DNA from: Octopus vulgaris
Taxonomy: Eukaryota
Length of the DNA: 64,000 nucleotides
Reading direction: 5' to 3'
NCBI GenBank assembly: GCA_951406725.2
Contig: OX597823.1
Span: 88,350,001-88,414,000 of the forward strand
Shown here: piece by piece, positions 42,951 through 57,411 of the stretch
Position numbering within the stretch: the stretch's first letter is position 1
How the letters are laid out: each line of letters opens with the position of its first letter
Translations under genes and position numbers: made by a program
Notes under the pieces: model-generated
Told to the model about the DNA's origin: nothing
The model's input: only the letters and a program-made list of their open reading frames with translations
Database searches by the model: none

Positions 42951-44263
42951 AGGCCTATCAAACTAACTGTTCGATGAATTGATGATAGGCTGGGGGGAAA
43001 ATTAATATAATATTAATCTCGCAATAATATCTGAATTGCAATTCATCCAGTAACGGATTTGTCTTTCATCTTTCCACTGAAACATAAACACATGATGCAA
43101 TATACTACACATTCTCGACTTCATATGTTACTCATGTGTCTAGTCAAATATGCCATTATTAGAACTTAATCCCTCTTTCATAAGATCATGCGAAACTTAT
43201 GCGCTTGTGTCTCAAAGCAATTTGAAACGTTTGCTTTCATCTTTTTAAGCATTAGTGAATCCTACATATCAGAGTAAATATTCAAATGGGAACGAATAAA
43301 GGCTATTTGTCCTTTAATTCTGTTAGAGCTACGTATGGGAACCACGTAAAGAAATGAAACATTAGTGAGAAATGAGAAGCAATAAAAATGAAATTGGTGT
43401 TTATGTGAAGATACTTAGAAGCACGTCACCGAAGAAGGGAAAATGTGTTAATTCATTGGCCATCCGATGTAGATTCTTCAGAAAATATAACTACGCATTT
43501 CATTTCTCCAATCTATCAATAATTCCCCAGTATATGTAAAAATCATAGACTTATAATGGTCGTAATGTTAAGGAGAGCCACAGTTTCTCTGACAATTTCG
43601 TATCCTGTGCTGGAATATACAGTAGAAAAAAAATCCACATTCGTATGTAATTTTATTCCAGGCATACATATACACATTTCGAAATTTGTCCGCCTGTTCA
43701 CTAAGAGGATTCCGCCATTTCGAGGCACTTGATTTTCTGGTGTCTCTAACTCCCAGCTTATGTCATAATCAATTACTAGACATTCAAAAGAATGTATTCA
43801 CCATATTCACCCGTTCTTGTCAAAAGATAGGAATGTTCCTGCTTTCTATTTTCTCTGGAGATTCCGGGTTCAGATATAAATTGGAATAGCGTCAATAGAT
43901 ATAAATTAGAATAGCATTCCATATTCACCATATTGATTCTGGGCACACAACCATCATTGTTGTTTCAAAAAGTAATTCCACTGATGTCGGCTTTGCCTTT
44001 TGTCGTTTCGGGGACGATAAATAAGTGCCTGTTGAACACGGGAATCGAGGTAATCGACTTGCTTAACCCTCCAAAATTGCTGACCTCCCACCATAATTTA
44101 GAAATCAATATTTCTCTGAAGATTTAAAGCTCTCTCGTAAGTAAATCAGACTCCGTGAACTTTGTTTTGCCTTAACAAATATGTTTTATGAATGTTCCAT
44201 TTGTGCAGTCATAGCTCCGTGGTAAAGAAATTCGTTTTGTAACCACACAGGACTGGATCCAGT

Positions 44264-44673
44264 GGATCTTTTCAGCTTGAACGGCAGTTTTTAACATAAT
44301 TTGTAGGTAACTAAAAAATTTTAAACTTCGTATACTGGTAGAATGTGTTTATAAAACATCTTTTTCTCTTGGCTTTATTGAGTAAAAACTATAGTTTGTA
44401 AGATTTTTGTTGTCTTTTTTCTTCAATTTCTGCAATTTCAACCAATCACTGACGACTATTGAGGTAAAAATCATTCTGTGCCGTATGAATATGTCCCACG
44501 TTTAAGAAACGGATTGGGTTTATTTACATTTGTGAAGAAAAAAATATACCCTTCCCCCACCCTAACCCTAAAACAGATTGAAATGCAATAGATCGATACT
44601 AGGGTCATAATTATGGGTGACAATTTCATATGACACCGCTAAAAAAAAGCTGCCGTTCAAACCGAAAAGATCC
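44264..44673. mobile_element. Non-autonomous DNA transposon (MITE), Merlin-like
   Basis: TIRs ggatcttttc(a/g)g(c/t)ttgaacggcag; exact 8-bp TSD gatccagt at 44256-63 and 44674-81. GG termini with an 8-bp TSD are typical of Merlin/IS1016. Confidence 0.85.
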
Positions 44674-45351
44674 GATCCAGTCTCACTGCACGGCTCATTT
44701 GTTATAGCTACAAGTTGACCAATGTCTTGTGAGCGACTTCGTAGACAGAAATTGTGAGAAAGCCGGTCTATGAATTTGTGTGTCTGCAGTTTTGTTGTCC
44801 CTGTCGTTTGTCAACTACTGTTGATTTGTTTATATAACTCTAACGTAGCGGCTCGCTATAATAATATTAATAATAAAACAACCAAATTATTTTAGGATAA
44901 ATACCAGACTTAAAAAAATATAAGTACGCGGGTCATTTAAGTAAATCACTCATGGTAGTGCTTCTGCATAACATCAGTCCGAAGAAAAAGAAAAATCACC
45001 TTTATGAAACTTATGCAAGATTTCTGTGTATGATTTGCAAAGCAGGTATTTGATTAAAGTGTTGTGGCAAAAATTTCAGGTTGATAATTAACTCGTTCAC
45101 ACAAACCACGATGAAGTCATGCCATAATTTTGAAGAGTTAATATGATATATTTTTTGCAGGTAATTGTAGCAATTCATAAAATAATAAAATCCCTTTATA
45201 AAGACATAAAAAAACCTAGTTGCAGTTTCGTTTGATTTTATATATTGAATCAATTTATTTTCTCTTTAAAAATTATAAATATACTACACACACACACACA
45301 TATATATACATACATATGAGTGTATGTATACACACGCACACAGACACACAG

Positions 45352-45757
<406 letters not shown>

Positions 45758-45837
45758 ATTTACAAAAAGAAAATATAAAATACACGTGGAAATGTAAGGG
45801 TAACTAAGAAAAATCAACGAGAATGCACATTGTAAAC

Positions 45838-45877
<40 letters not shown>

Positions 45878-46127
45878 GGCAGAATACTTAACAGTAAAGT
45901 AATTTGTTTTAATTATAAAACAGCAAAATTTGTATTTTCCGATCGATTTTGATGCAATAAACCATACCACCAAGTTCGCATCCGCCACCTTAAATGGTGA
46001 GAAATGGCATACGCGTGCAAGTGCACGCACACACACACACATATATATACACATACGCGCACGCATTTGCTGTGTAAGTAAATAACCACCGCCTTCTGTC
46101 TTATATCGAGGATGTATGAATAAAAGA

Positions 46128-46129
<2 letters not shown>

Positions 46130-46181
<52 letters not shown>

Positions 46182-46199
46182 CAGCAGCAGCAGTAGTAT

Positions 46200-46235
<36 letters not shown>

Positions 46236-46272
46236 CAGTAGTAGTAGTAGTAGTAGCAGTAGTAGTAGTAGT
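46130..46272. repeat. (TAG)n/(CAG)n microsatellite
   Basis: Directly visible. Confidence 0.95.
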
Positions 46273-46282
46273 GTTATAAAAA

Positions 46283-46480
46283 TTGGCGAGCTAGCAGAAA
46301 CTTACAACGCCTGATACCTTAGCGACATTTTATTCGTCTTAACGTTCTAAGTTCAAACTCCACCGATGTCGACTTTGTCTCTCATCCTTTCGGAGGTCGA
46401 TCAAATAAGTACCAGTTGAACACTGGGGTCGATGAAATCAACTTACAACATTGTTGAACTTGTGCCAAAATTTGAAACAC
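46283..46480 (+). mobile_element. SINE family A, near full length
   Basis: ggcgagctagcagaa...aagttcaaactcc...catcctttcggaggtcgat..aagtaccagttgaacactggggtcgat...gtgccaaaatttgaaac. Confidence 0.85.
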
Positions 46481-46499
46481 ACTATTATCTTGCTGTTAA

Positions 46500-46539
<40 letters not shown>

Positions 46540-46876
46540 GAGTGAGAGGGCCGTGTATGCTATCAAAGTGACACTGGGGTAAAAATATACGAAGCCTGGT
46601 ATACTCATCATGACTACCCGTCTGATAAGAGTACACTAAACACATGCATCAGAACCATATGTGCGCGACATGGTGATCTCATATCAAGATAAACACCACA
46701 TGACCTTGCAGGTGGGGCCCAGTTAGAATTTACTTCTGGTCGAGTAGCCCGTCCCGCTCAAAAGGTCCCTGAATAAGGGTTGTTTAAGGAAGTCAGACGA
46801 AACACCCATGTTTCCAGAGGTGAATTATTCAAACCGTAAAAAACACCTCTCAACACATGGCTATGATGCTCCCACA
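46540..46876 (-). mobile_element. Non-coding about 335-bp (TAA)n-targeted element, copy 1
   Basis: Bounded by (tta)n; diverged duplicate at 46901-47227. Confidence 0.7.
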
Positions 46877-46900
46877 TTTATTATTATTATTATTATTATT

Positions 46901-47225
46901 GAGTGAGAGGGCAGTGCATGCCATCAAAATGACACAGGGGTAAAATATACGAAGCCCAATATACCCATCATGACTACCCGTCTGATAAAGGTACACCAGG
47001 CACATGCATCACAACAATATGTGCGCGACATGGTGATCTCATATCAAGATAAACAGCACATGACCTTGCAGATGGGGCCCAGTTAGAATTTTCTTCAGGT
47101 TGAGTAGCCCATCCCGCTCAAAAGGTCTCTGAATAAGGGTTGTTTAAGGATGTTGAAAGAACCACCCATGTTTCCAGAGGTGAATTATTCAAACCCCAAA
47201 GAATCCCTCTCAACACATGGCTATG

Positions 47226-47227
<2 letters not shown>
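46901..47227 (-). mobile_element. Non-coding (TAA)n-targeted element, copy 2
   Basis: Same start gagtgagaggg as copy 1, slightly shorter at the other end; (tta)n on both sides. Confidence 0.7.
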
Positions 47228-47257
<30 letters not shown>

Positions 47258-47270
47258 CATTATTATTATT

Positions 47271-47450
47271 GAGGTGGCTAGCTGATATGTTGACGGTTAG
47301 CACGCCGGACAAAATGACGAGCATCATTTGGTTCGTCTTTACGTTCTATGTTCAATCTCCGCCGAACTCGACTTTGCCCTTCATCTCTTCGAAGTCGATA
47401 AATTAAGTGACAGTTTAGATCTGGGGGCGATGTAATCCACTAAAGCCCCC
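47271..47450 (+). mobile_element. SINE family A, degraded copy
   Basis: gttagcacgccggacaaaatg...gactttgcccttcatc. Confidence 0.75.
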
Positions 47451-47479
47451 TGTACATACATACTCTCTCCATCAATATT

Positions 47480-49106
<1,627 letters not shown>

Positions 49107-49741
49107 ATATTCAGCCGTTGTGCCTATAGCAGAAAGGGTTATCTTTATTGTTGATGTTCTTTTTCGTTGTTAATAATAGAGAAAACGTGAGAAATGTTTT
49201 ACCGATTAGAGTCACCGTATTAGAGAGCGAGCCAATTTCTCGCTTGGCATAGCTCCATGTTGTAGGCTACCTGGGTATTATAAAAGTGTGGAAATAAGAG
49301 AATCTTTTATCAACATATTATACGCAACTATACGAATTTTACGGGATTTCCCTTGTGTTGGCCTACTTACACAATTCATAAATAGCATTTGCTTCACTAT
49401 TACACCACATTTAATATTATGCGGAGAATCTGTTGGCAAGCAGCCGAGGTAGGAACACACACATATACACACATGTATTTATGTGCATTGAAATATACGC
49501 ACAAACAGAATGACATACACAACACACACACACAAAGCTGCATATCTACATATACACATGAAGAAATGTGTATGTCTGTGTTTGTGTGGCGATGCGTGTG
49601 CACACATACGATTATATATACATATATATATGCATATATATATATTTGTATATATATATTAGTATGTGTATGTATATGTGTGTGTGTATGCATGTACATA
49701 TAAGTGCATGCATAAACGCATATTCACAACTGTTTATATAT

Positions 49742-49785
<44 letters not shown>

Positions 49786-50171
49786 TCACATATGCATGTG
49801 TAAAGATCTGTGAATATACATATGCAAATATATATATGTATATATATATATATACAAATATACATACATATATATATATGTATGTATATATATATATATA
49901 TACACATGCATTTATGTAGACCTACATGAGCCTGTGTGCGCGTATGCTTTTATGCGTATGTAATGTGTGTGTGTTTAATTGAGTGTGTGTCTATTCACCC
50001 TGTATTTATGGCATAACGAATTATTATTTGCCGTGGACATATTTAGTCATTTGTCGATATCTTGGTAGCGGGTGCAACAATCATGATCAGAACACTAATA
50101 CGACTATATCAGTTCAACTTTCTCTCATCACTTTCTTCTCGTTATCCTTCTCTCTCTGACACAACCATACC

Positions 50172-50218
<47 letters not shown>

Positions 50219-50464
50219 CATGTTATGTCTATATACATCTATATATACACAGATATTGTTACGTTGATAGATAGATAGATACGTACATACATACACACAT
50301 GCATATATACATATAAGTACCAGTTGCGTACTGGCGTAGATCTAATCGACTGGCTAGAGTAGAAAAGAATGTCTGAAGGCATTTGTCGTGGTAATGTTGA
50401 TCTCTCTTTAAACAACTCTCATTCAACCCACAGCATTAAGCATACTACATGTGTGTAATATATA

Positions 50465-50812
50465 TTCTCTCATTCTATTACTTGTTTCAGTCATTTAACT
50501 GCGGCAAAGCTGAAGCACTGCCTTTGGTCGACTAAATCGGCTTCAGGACTTATTCTTTGTAAGCCTAGTACTTATGCTATCGGTCTATTTTACCGAATTG
50601 TTAGGTTACGGTGATGTAACACACCAAACACAAACACTGACACACATAAGCATATACATATACGACAGGCTTCTTTCAGTTTCAGGCTCCATTTTCATTT
50701 GGTCGGCCCGAGGCTATAGTAGAAGACACTTGTCCAAGGTGCACCGCAATGGGACTCAAGCTCGGGCCATGTGTTGGGAAGCAAGTTTCTTACAACACAG
50801 CCACTCCTGCGG
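50465..50812 (-). mobile_element. tRNA-derived SINE family B, near full length
   Basis: Minus strand shows a tRNA-like head (gtggctgtgttgtaagaa...gagtcccattgcggtgcaccttgg) and tail actaggcttacaaagaataagtcct...aaatgactgaaacaagtaa. Confidence 0.8.
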
Positions 50813-51211
50813 CTATTATTTCCGTGGGGACACCTGAGCTGAGGACTTAAAACTACGAAAATAGAGCGTGTGTTCTATTGCCAATAGAATGGGAATCTTA
50901 ACATATGTAGCTCTTGCTGTGCTGATGAATTTTGACTGTCGGTCTCTAAACAGCGAGCTTAAATGAATTTTCAGTTTTCTGTCATTCGTAATCAGAATTG
51001 GTCAACAATAAGCGAATGTGACATACTTTACCTCAAAGTTCATCTTTCTACAAATGCCAAGCATCTTGGCTTATAATCGATCATCGCAAATGTTTCTCTC
51101 TATATTTGGTCTTGAAATTCAACCTCACTCGAGAGCGTTAGAAGATGCTAAAGATGGGAGAGACTAACATATATGGTAAAAGGTTTGTCTGGCGTTTAAC
51201 TCATTTGTCTA

Positions 51212-51309
51212 ATCCTAAATGTCAGACAAAAAGTCCTAGGATATTCGCCCAGATAGTTTGGCAGGAAAATTCTTTCTCTCTGTGTGCCACCTCAAATATA
51301 AGACAATCA
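51212..51309 (+). pseudogene. Decayed PTP D1 exon (PKCQTKSPRIFAQIVWQENSFSLCATSNIRQS)
   Basis: Resembles the PTP motif GP...T..DFWRMVWQEN...IVMxTN and ends at a phase-0 gt as in RPTP genes; the acceptor is degenerate. Confidence 0.55.
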
Positions 51310-51838
51310 GTGCTGATTGGTAGAGCCATATTGACGCAGGTGACTCTTTTAATGGAAAGAGCATTAGGTCGCGGTTCTCCAAACGGAAAATCTGAGAACC
51401 ATCATTCAATAGTCAGCAATTATCTCACAACGGTAATTTCGTTTGCCCACAAACAAAATGAAAATATGCATTAAAATAAATTATCAAAATCAATGACACA
51501 CAGAATGTTTTACACACGAGAGAATAGCACCGGTACAATGACGAATTTTAAAATTGTACTAATTTACGATAGCATATACAGATTCGACAACAATATAACA
51601 CACCTCCGTTGTATTATGGAAATTTACAGCAGAGAAGTTCTTCATAGTATTGTCTCGATTATATACGAAGGTGATCAATATCTAAATATCTTGAAATGTA
51701 CATTTTTAACTTTGCTACACAAGACATTTTTTTCTAATCATGAAGTGCAACTCAGCGAAAAGCATACCGCGTAGTTTTATGATTTGCAAGGACATGTTTT
51801 TTTGTGTATGCATGAATCATATATGCAATGTAAATTGG

Positions 51839-51888
<50 letters not shown>

Positions 51889-51967
51889 CACACACACTTA
51901 TAAATATATATATATATTCATATAATACATACAAACATACACATAAATGGTGGTGTGTACGTGTGTG

Positions 51968-51999
<32 letters not shown>

Positions 52000-52499
52000 C
52001 TGAACGATAGTATCTCAGCACCTCTCTCTCTCACTCACCACACTCACCAAATTATCATCATCACCACCTCTGCCACCGACATCTTCTTCAACCTCAAATA
52101 CTAAAAATAAACCCCACATCGCCACCTCAGTCCTACTGTAATATAAATAATCTTAAAACATTTATGAAGCAGAATGTGTCCCCCACGACACTAACAAGAA
52201 ACCCCCAAATATACCAATATTCACTGCGTTACAGGCTCTGTACACGTAGTGACTGCATTTCCAAACATCTACCTGACAGTAGATGCGCATTACAAGCAAA
52301 CACTACCAGCCCAGACCAAAGCACACAATGACATCAACATCAATACCGCCAAATAGTGAACTTAACGTTAAAACACACATAATACGGAATCACTGAATGC
52401 CATCCTATGCTATTACCCCAGTGCACCAACTCCCCACATTGCAGTCACTAACACAAAATCAGAAAAAAAAACCGCAAGAATCAAAACCCGCCACTACGC

Positions 52500-54250
52500 T
52501 AGCCTCTACATTACTACTCAATGCATTACTACTCAATGCAGTCCCTCCATGAATGCACAAAAATGGAAGATCCAATTCATTGAGGATTGGGTCGGTGACC
52601 ATCCACACCACATCCCTTTCTTCATTCTTACCGAGACCCACCTTGACAACTTTCACTTGGAAGCCGGAGTGAATGTGAGGAATTTCACAACCATCCGCAC
52701 AGATCGAGTCGACAGAAGGAAGGATAGAACTGCCATTTTCCTGTATGATTCCTTTTCGGCAGATGGAAATATGACATTCCCCAATAGCTACTGTGAATCG
52801 GTCACCGTGCACAACAAAACCAATGACCTGATAGTAGTTGGGCTGTACAGGCCACTTCAAACACGGCGCTTTAACGAATGCCTCAACAACGTTTAGTGCT
52901 TTATTCAACAGTGCATTTCTAATAACATAATTTTGATGGGAGATTTTAATCTACCCTGTGTTGATTTGTCTAGAAACAGTTTGAAACCAGGCACTTCCAC
53001 CTCAACTGCTGACAAAGAAGTAGAGTCACTTCTTGATTTTATGAATGAGTTTTTCTTGTCTCATTCACCTCTCATATCATCAAGGTATTTGAGAGAGTGG
53101 TGAGATCAAGAATAACCCTCTTTCTTGGAAGCAACAAAATATTGGAACTTAACCAACATGGGTTCTGTAATGAAAGGAATTGCCTAACGTAGATCATGCT
53201 TCAACTTTTGACATTTTGAGAGCTTTGAGAGAGGGCTCGAATACTGATGTCATCTTCCTTGATTTCAGCAAGGCCTTTGACAGGGTTGATCATAAGATTC
53301 TTTTCAGAAACCTATCAAACATTGGTGCCTCTTGGAAGTTACTAGAATGGATCAAATGACAGACAGTCCCCAACACGTTGATGTCGAAGGAGTAAAATCA
53401 AGCCCAGCCAAAGTCAGTAGTGGTGTTCCACAAGGTACTGTGTTGGGCCCACTTCTTTTCATCATCTTCATCAATGACACTACTGACAGCATCAAGTACG
53501 GAAACATGAGAATCTTTGCAGATGATTCCAAGATCCAGAAAGTCATCACTGAAGTGGGTGACTGGACATGCCTTCAGTCAGATCTACTGGCTGTCATCCA
53601 ATGGCCGGCAAAGAATAATATGCTGCTGAACGAGGACAGATCTGAGTTAATCCACTTCGGAAAAGAGAATACCGTGAAACCCCCATACTCCCTTCCTTCA
53701 GGTGAAACTATCATGGCATCCAACAAAATTAGAGACTTAGAAGTAACTGTGGACCACAACATAAGCTGAGCCGCTCATATAAACAGCTAAGTTGACATGG
53801 CCCGCAGAATGTGTTCCTGGATTCTCAGAACATTCCAATCGAGAGATATCCCGAACATTATCCTTCTTTTCTCCTCTTTTCCTTGACCCTACCTTGAACA
53901 CTGTTGTCCACTGTGGTCTCCCCACACGAAGCAAAGTCTTATGAAAGTTGAAACACCTCAAATGTCGATTACGATGGATGCATGAGAGGCTTTGACTATT
54001 GGGGTCGACTAGAAAAGCTCAGTCTTTATTCTCTCCAAAGCTGCCGTGTGCGCTACGTCATCTGCCTGATGTGGAAAATATTCCATAAACATTGCGCAAA
54101 TGTTGTTGGCATCGTCTTTAAGATACACCCAAGACTTGGGCCCCGTGCTATCCGTCCACAAGAAAAATCAATACGGCACAATTATTTCCCCTCAGTATGC
54201 CCCGTTCTATTTAACATTACGCCAAATCACATTAAAGCAGAAAGACACGT
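52500..54250 (+). mobile_element. CR1-group LINE, decayed and internally deleted (APE + RT remnants)
   Basis: FILTETHL and LMGDFNLP (endonuclease); DVIFLDFSKAFDRVDH, SGVPQGTVLGPLLFIIFIND and IFADDSKI (RT); DYWGRLEKLSLYSLQ. Possible ORF1 remnant upstream to about 52.1 kb. Confidence 0.92.
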
Positions 54251-54674
54251 CATAAATTTGATGGTGGTGGTAGTGGTGGTGGTGATGGTTTTGGTGGTGG
54301 TGGTGTTTGGGGTGTTGTGGTGGTGGTGGTGGTGGTAATAACGGTGCTGATAATGGTGATGCGATAACGATGATGCCGGTGCTGTTGCTGATGCTGGGGT
54401 TGATATTGATACTGGTGTTGGTGTTACTGCTGCCTTCGGCTGCTGTTCAGCTCCGCTGCGAGTTCTGATAAAACCAAACGATCAAAGGCGATAGCACTTT
54501 CATTGTCCCTTTTTTTTTCTTTTTATTTATACTCTACAGTATTTATTGGATTTATCCAAAGTAAAATTGCTTTTTTTTTTTCCTTTTATATATTAAAGCG
54601 TAATTTACGAGAAATTAGCTCTTCTTACTAACAGTACAAGTGAACTTCTAGGATTTTTTTTCCATATATTTCAG

Positions 54675-54743
54675 TTTGCCGTAAACTATGACACTTATCC
54701 CATTCTCATTTCAAACATGCGACGTTGCACATTTATTTCCCAT
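54675..54743 (+). pseudogene. Decayed PTP D1 C-terminal exon (FAVNYDTYPILISNMRRCTFISH)
   Basis: Acceptor tatttcag and donor gtaatt; weakly resembles VD.Y..V..MR..R..MVQ. Confidence 0.35.
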
Positions 54744-54856
54744 GTAATTCGGAAATGAACCTGAACACACGCCATGCATTTTGCCTTCCGTGATTGAGTC
54801 CACAATAATGGAAAACCTAACGATATTTGTTCGCCTTTACACTAATATATATACAC

Positions 54857-54936
<80 letters not shown>

Positions 54937-55087
54937 ATGTCTCTATATACATATATATGCATATATGTATTGATGGATAGATATGTCGATATTAAATAAT
55001 TCCATGACACACTTTAGATATAGCAGCGTTGATAAATGCATGTGAGCAAATAAACATGCACACGCACAAAAATCAAACGCTCACAAA

Positions 55088-55121
<34 letters not shown>

Positions 55122-55326
55122 TATATGTACATATATGTATATATAATATATATATATGTACATATATATATATAGTTATACATATATATATATGTGCGTA
55201 TATATGTATGCATGTTTTTATATATGCATATATATATACATCTATATATATATTTATACATATATATACATGTGTGTATATATGTATGCATATATATATA
55301 TGTATATATATACATATATATAAGCA

Positions 55327-55370
<44 letters not shown>

Positions 55371-55497
55371 TGTATGTACGTAAGCTTTTGTGTGTATATA
55401 TATATATATACATATATATGTGTGTGTGTGTGTGAATTTGTGTATACGATTGTGTATGTATGCTTATATGTGTTTATATATGTATTTAATATTTCAG

Positions 55498-55565
55498 ACA
55501 ATGCCAATTTTAAAAGCTGGAGAGAAACTCAATTTTATCTAATCTACACAGTACAAACGTTAAAA
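55498..55565 (+). pseudogene. Exon-like segment ([23 protein letters not shown])
   Basis: Acceptor aatatttcag and donor gtgaac; TQFYLIY is loosely like EQY.FIY. Confidence 0.25.
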
Positions 55566-56068
55566 GTGAACAACAAGAAATGCTTGTATAGGTCTTCACA
55601 CATGGAAGTGCATATTTATGTATATATTCATCTATATGCATGTATGTTTTCATGTGATAATTTAAGGTTGAGAGAGAGTGAGAAAAAATATCATTTACAC
55701 AGCTCACCAACCGTACATCTATGCGTAACCGACATAAATAGCTTTCGTGAGTTTCCTAGGAAGATAATAACGATTTAAAAAATGTGTCACGATTGAAGGA
55801 TTTTTGTAAAAAGGGAAATACAATGGTGCGGATACTGCAATATGCGGCATTCATTCAATACGTTTTCGATATGGAACTGAAATCTAGAATATATTTTGGT
55901 TCCAAATTATATATTTCGCCCGGTGGGGCTTGCAAGACGTTGTGACATTGTTGGCATAAATACATACATACGCACACAGACACTCACACACACTCTTATA
56001 TATATACACGCACACAAATATACAAGCAGACACAAACCAACACGCATACACTCACACAAGCCCACTCG

Positions 56069-56125
<57 letters not shown>

Positions 56126-56133
<8 letters not shown>

Positions 56134-56434
56134 ATATTTCGGAATGGTCACTTTGCTAGTTTAGCCAAAAAAAACACAAGCACTATATATTTGGTGTTAC
56201 TTTGCTTCAGTGTTATTTTTTTTACATTAATCTTAATCTTATTTCGGCCAGAGTTCTTTCGTCACACTCATGTAACCTCATCAGTGGTCCTGATGACGAA
56301 AGACCTCTGGCCGAAATAAGATTAAGATTAATGTAAAAAATAAATAACACTGAAGCAAAGTAACACCACATATATAGTGCGTGTGTTTTTATTGGCTAAA
56401 CTGGCAAAATGACCATTCCGAAATATAACAATAT
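56126..56434. mobile_element. Penelope-like inverted pLTR foldback (about 140-bp arms, 29-nt loop) between (TA)n tracts
   Basis: 56126-56264 is the near reverse complement of 56294-56434; contains the hammerhead; a homologous copy lies at about 19.55-19.72 kb. Confidence 0.75.
56246..56290 (-). ncRNA. Minimal type I hammerhead ribozyme, core intact
   Basis: Minus strand reads GGACCA-CUGAUGA-G-GUUACA-UGAG-UGUGAC-GAAA-G-AA-CUC-UGGCC: stem I CCA/UGG, 6-bp stem II, 2-bp stem III, CUC triplet, and one extra G after A9. Confidence 0.7.
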
Positions 56435-56491
56435 CTGTTTCAACACACGACTTCGCATAAAAAATCTTGCACAACAAATATATAAACGTAT

Positions 56492-56526
<35 letters not shown>

Positions 56527-57411
56527 ATTATAGTGAAAGGGAGGGAAATATAAAAATATATTTAGAGGCGGCAGAAGATATATAAATGGAGGGAAAGATA
56601 TATATATTTGTATATTTTTGATGTAAATTGTCGATGATTGCATCTGAATGTATCTGGTTACTTAAGCTAACAGTGTGATTAGACTACAAAATGTTGCTCT
56701 TTCTGAGGCATATATCGCAGAAACACCTCTCTAACATCACTGTTTATCGCTGTTCTATGCGGAACATTATTATACACGTGTTTGATATGTGTTCGAGTGA
56801 CTCGTATTAGAAACATGCCTGGAATATGCGTTTCTTCTTTTCTATTTATATTTTCTGTTTTGTTGGAAAGCATAATGTTTCACAATACCGTTTTTGTACG
56901 AGAGCACAATGTTCTCTCAGCCCATTAATATTTTTGGACACTGCAAGTCTAGTAGTTTTATCCTTGTTTCAATATATTATCAGTGATTCATTTTTCCCTT
57001 TTGCTTTCTCCTAAAAATCAAACACAACACAAATAAAATCAGAGGATATAATCACCAGTCATCAACGGAAAGTAGACGCGGAAGCTAATGCGATGTTGTA
57101 AACACATCAGACACTATATCTATTAAGAATAAATAAAACATATAAAATGTATTACATACCCCAAATTCATTTTAGTTAGAGTATAGATGAAAGAGTTACA
57201 AAAATCCTGTACTACAGAACAACATAAAATATAATTACACTTTCTCATATGCTAGCACGAATAATTTACTGTAAAATTTTAAGAATAAATAACTAATAAA
57301 TATCAAAACGCCATCATGAAATGCCGCGAATATATTAGACATAAGGTAAAAGATACACAAATTTTGTTATTTCGAACTTGACAATACAAAATATTACTCA
57401 TCCTCGTACAT

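Noticed and set aside
44560-44572. Telomeric repeat ccctaacccta
   Set aside because: Under two units and internal to a MITE; not an interstitial telomere.
46540-47227. Repeat-spacer appearance resembling CRISPR or a satellite
   Set aside because: Only two long diverged units separated by microsatellite in a eukaryotic context; no cas genes.
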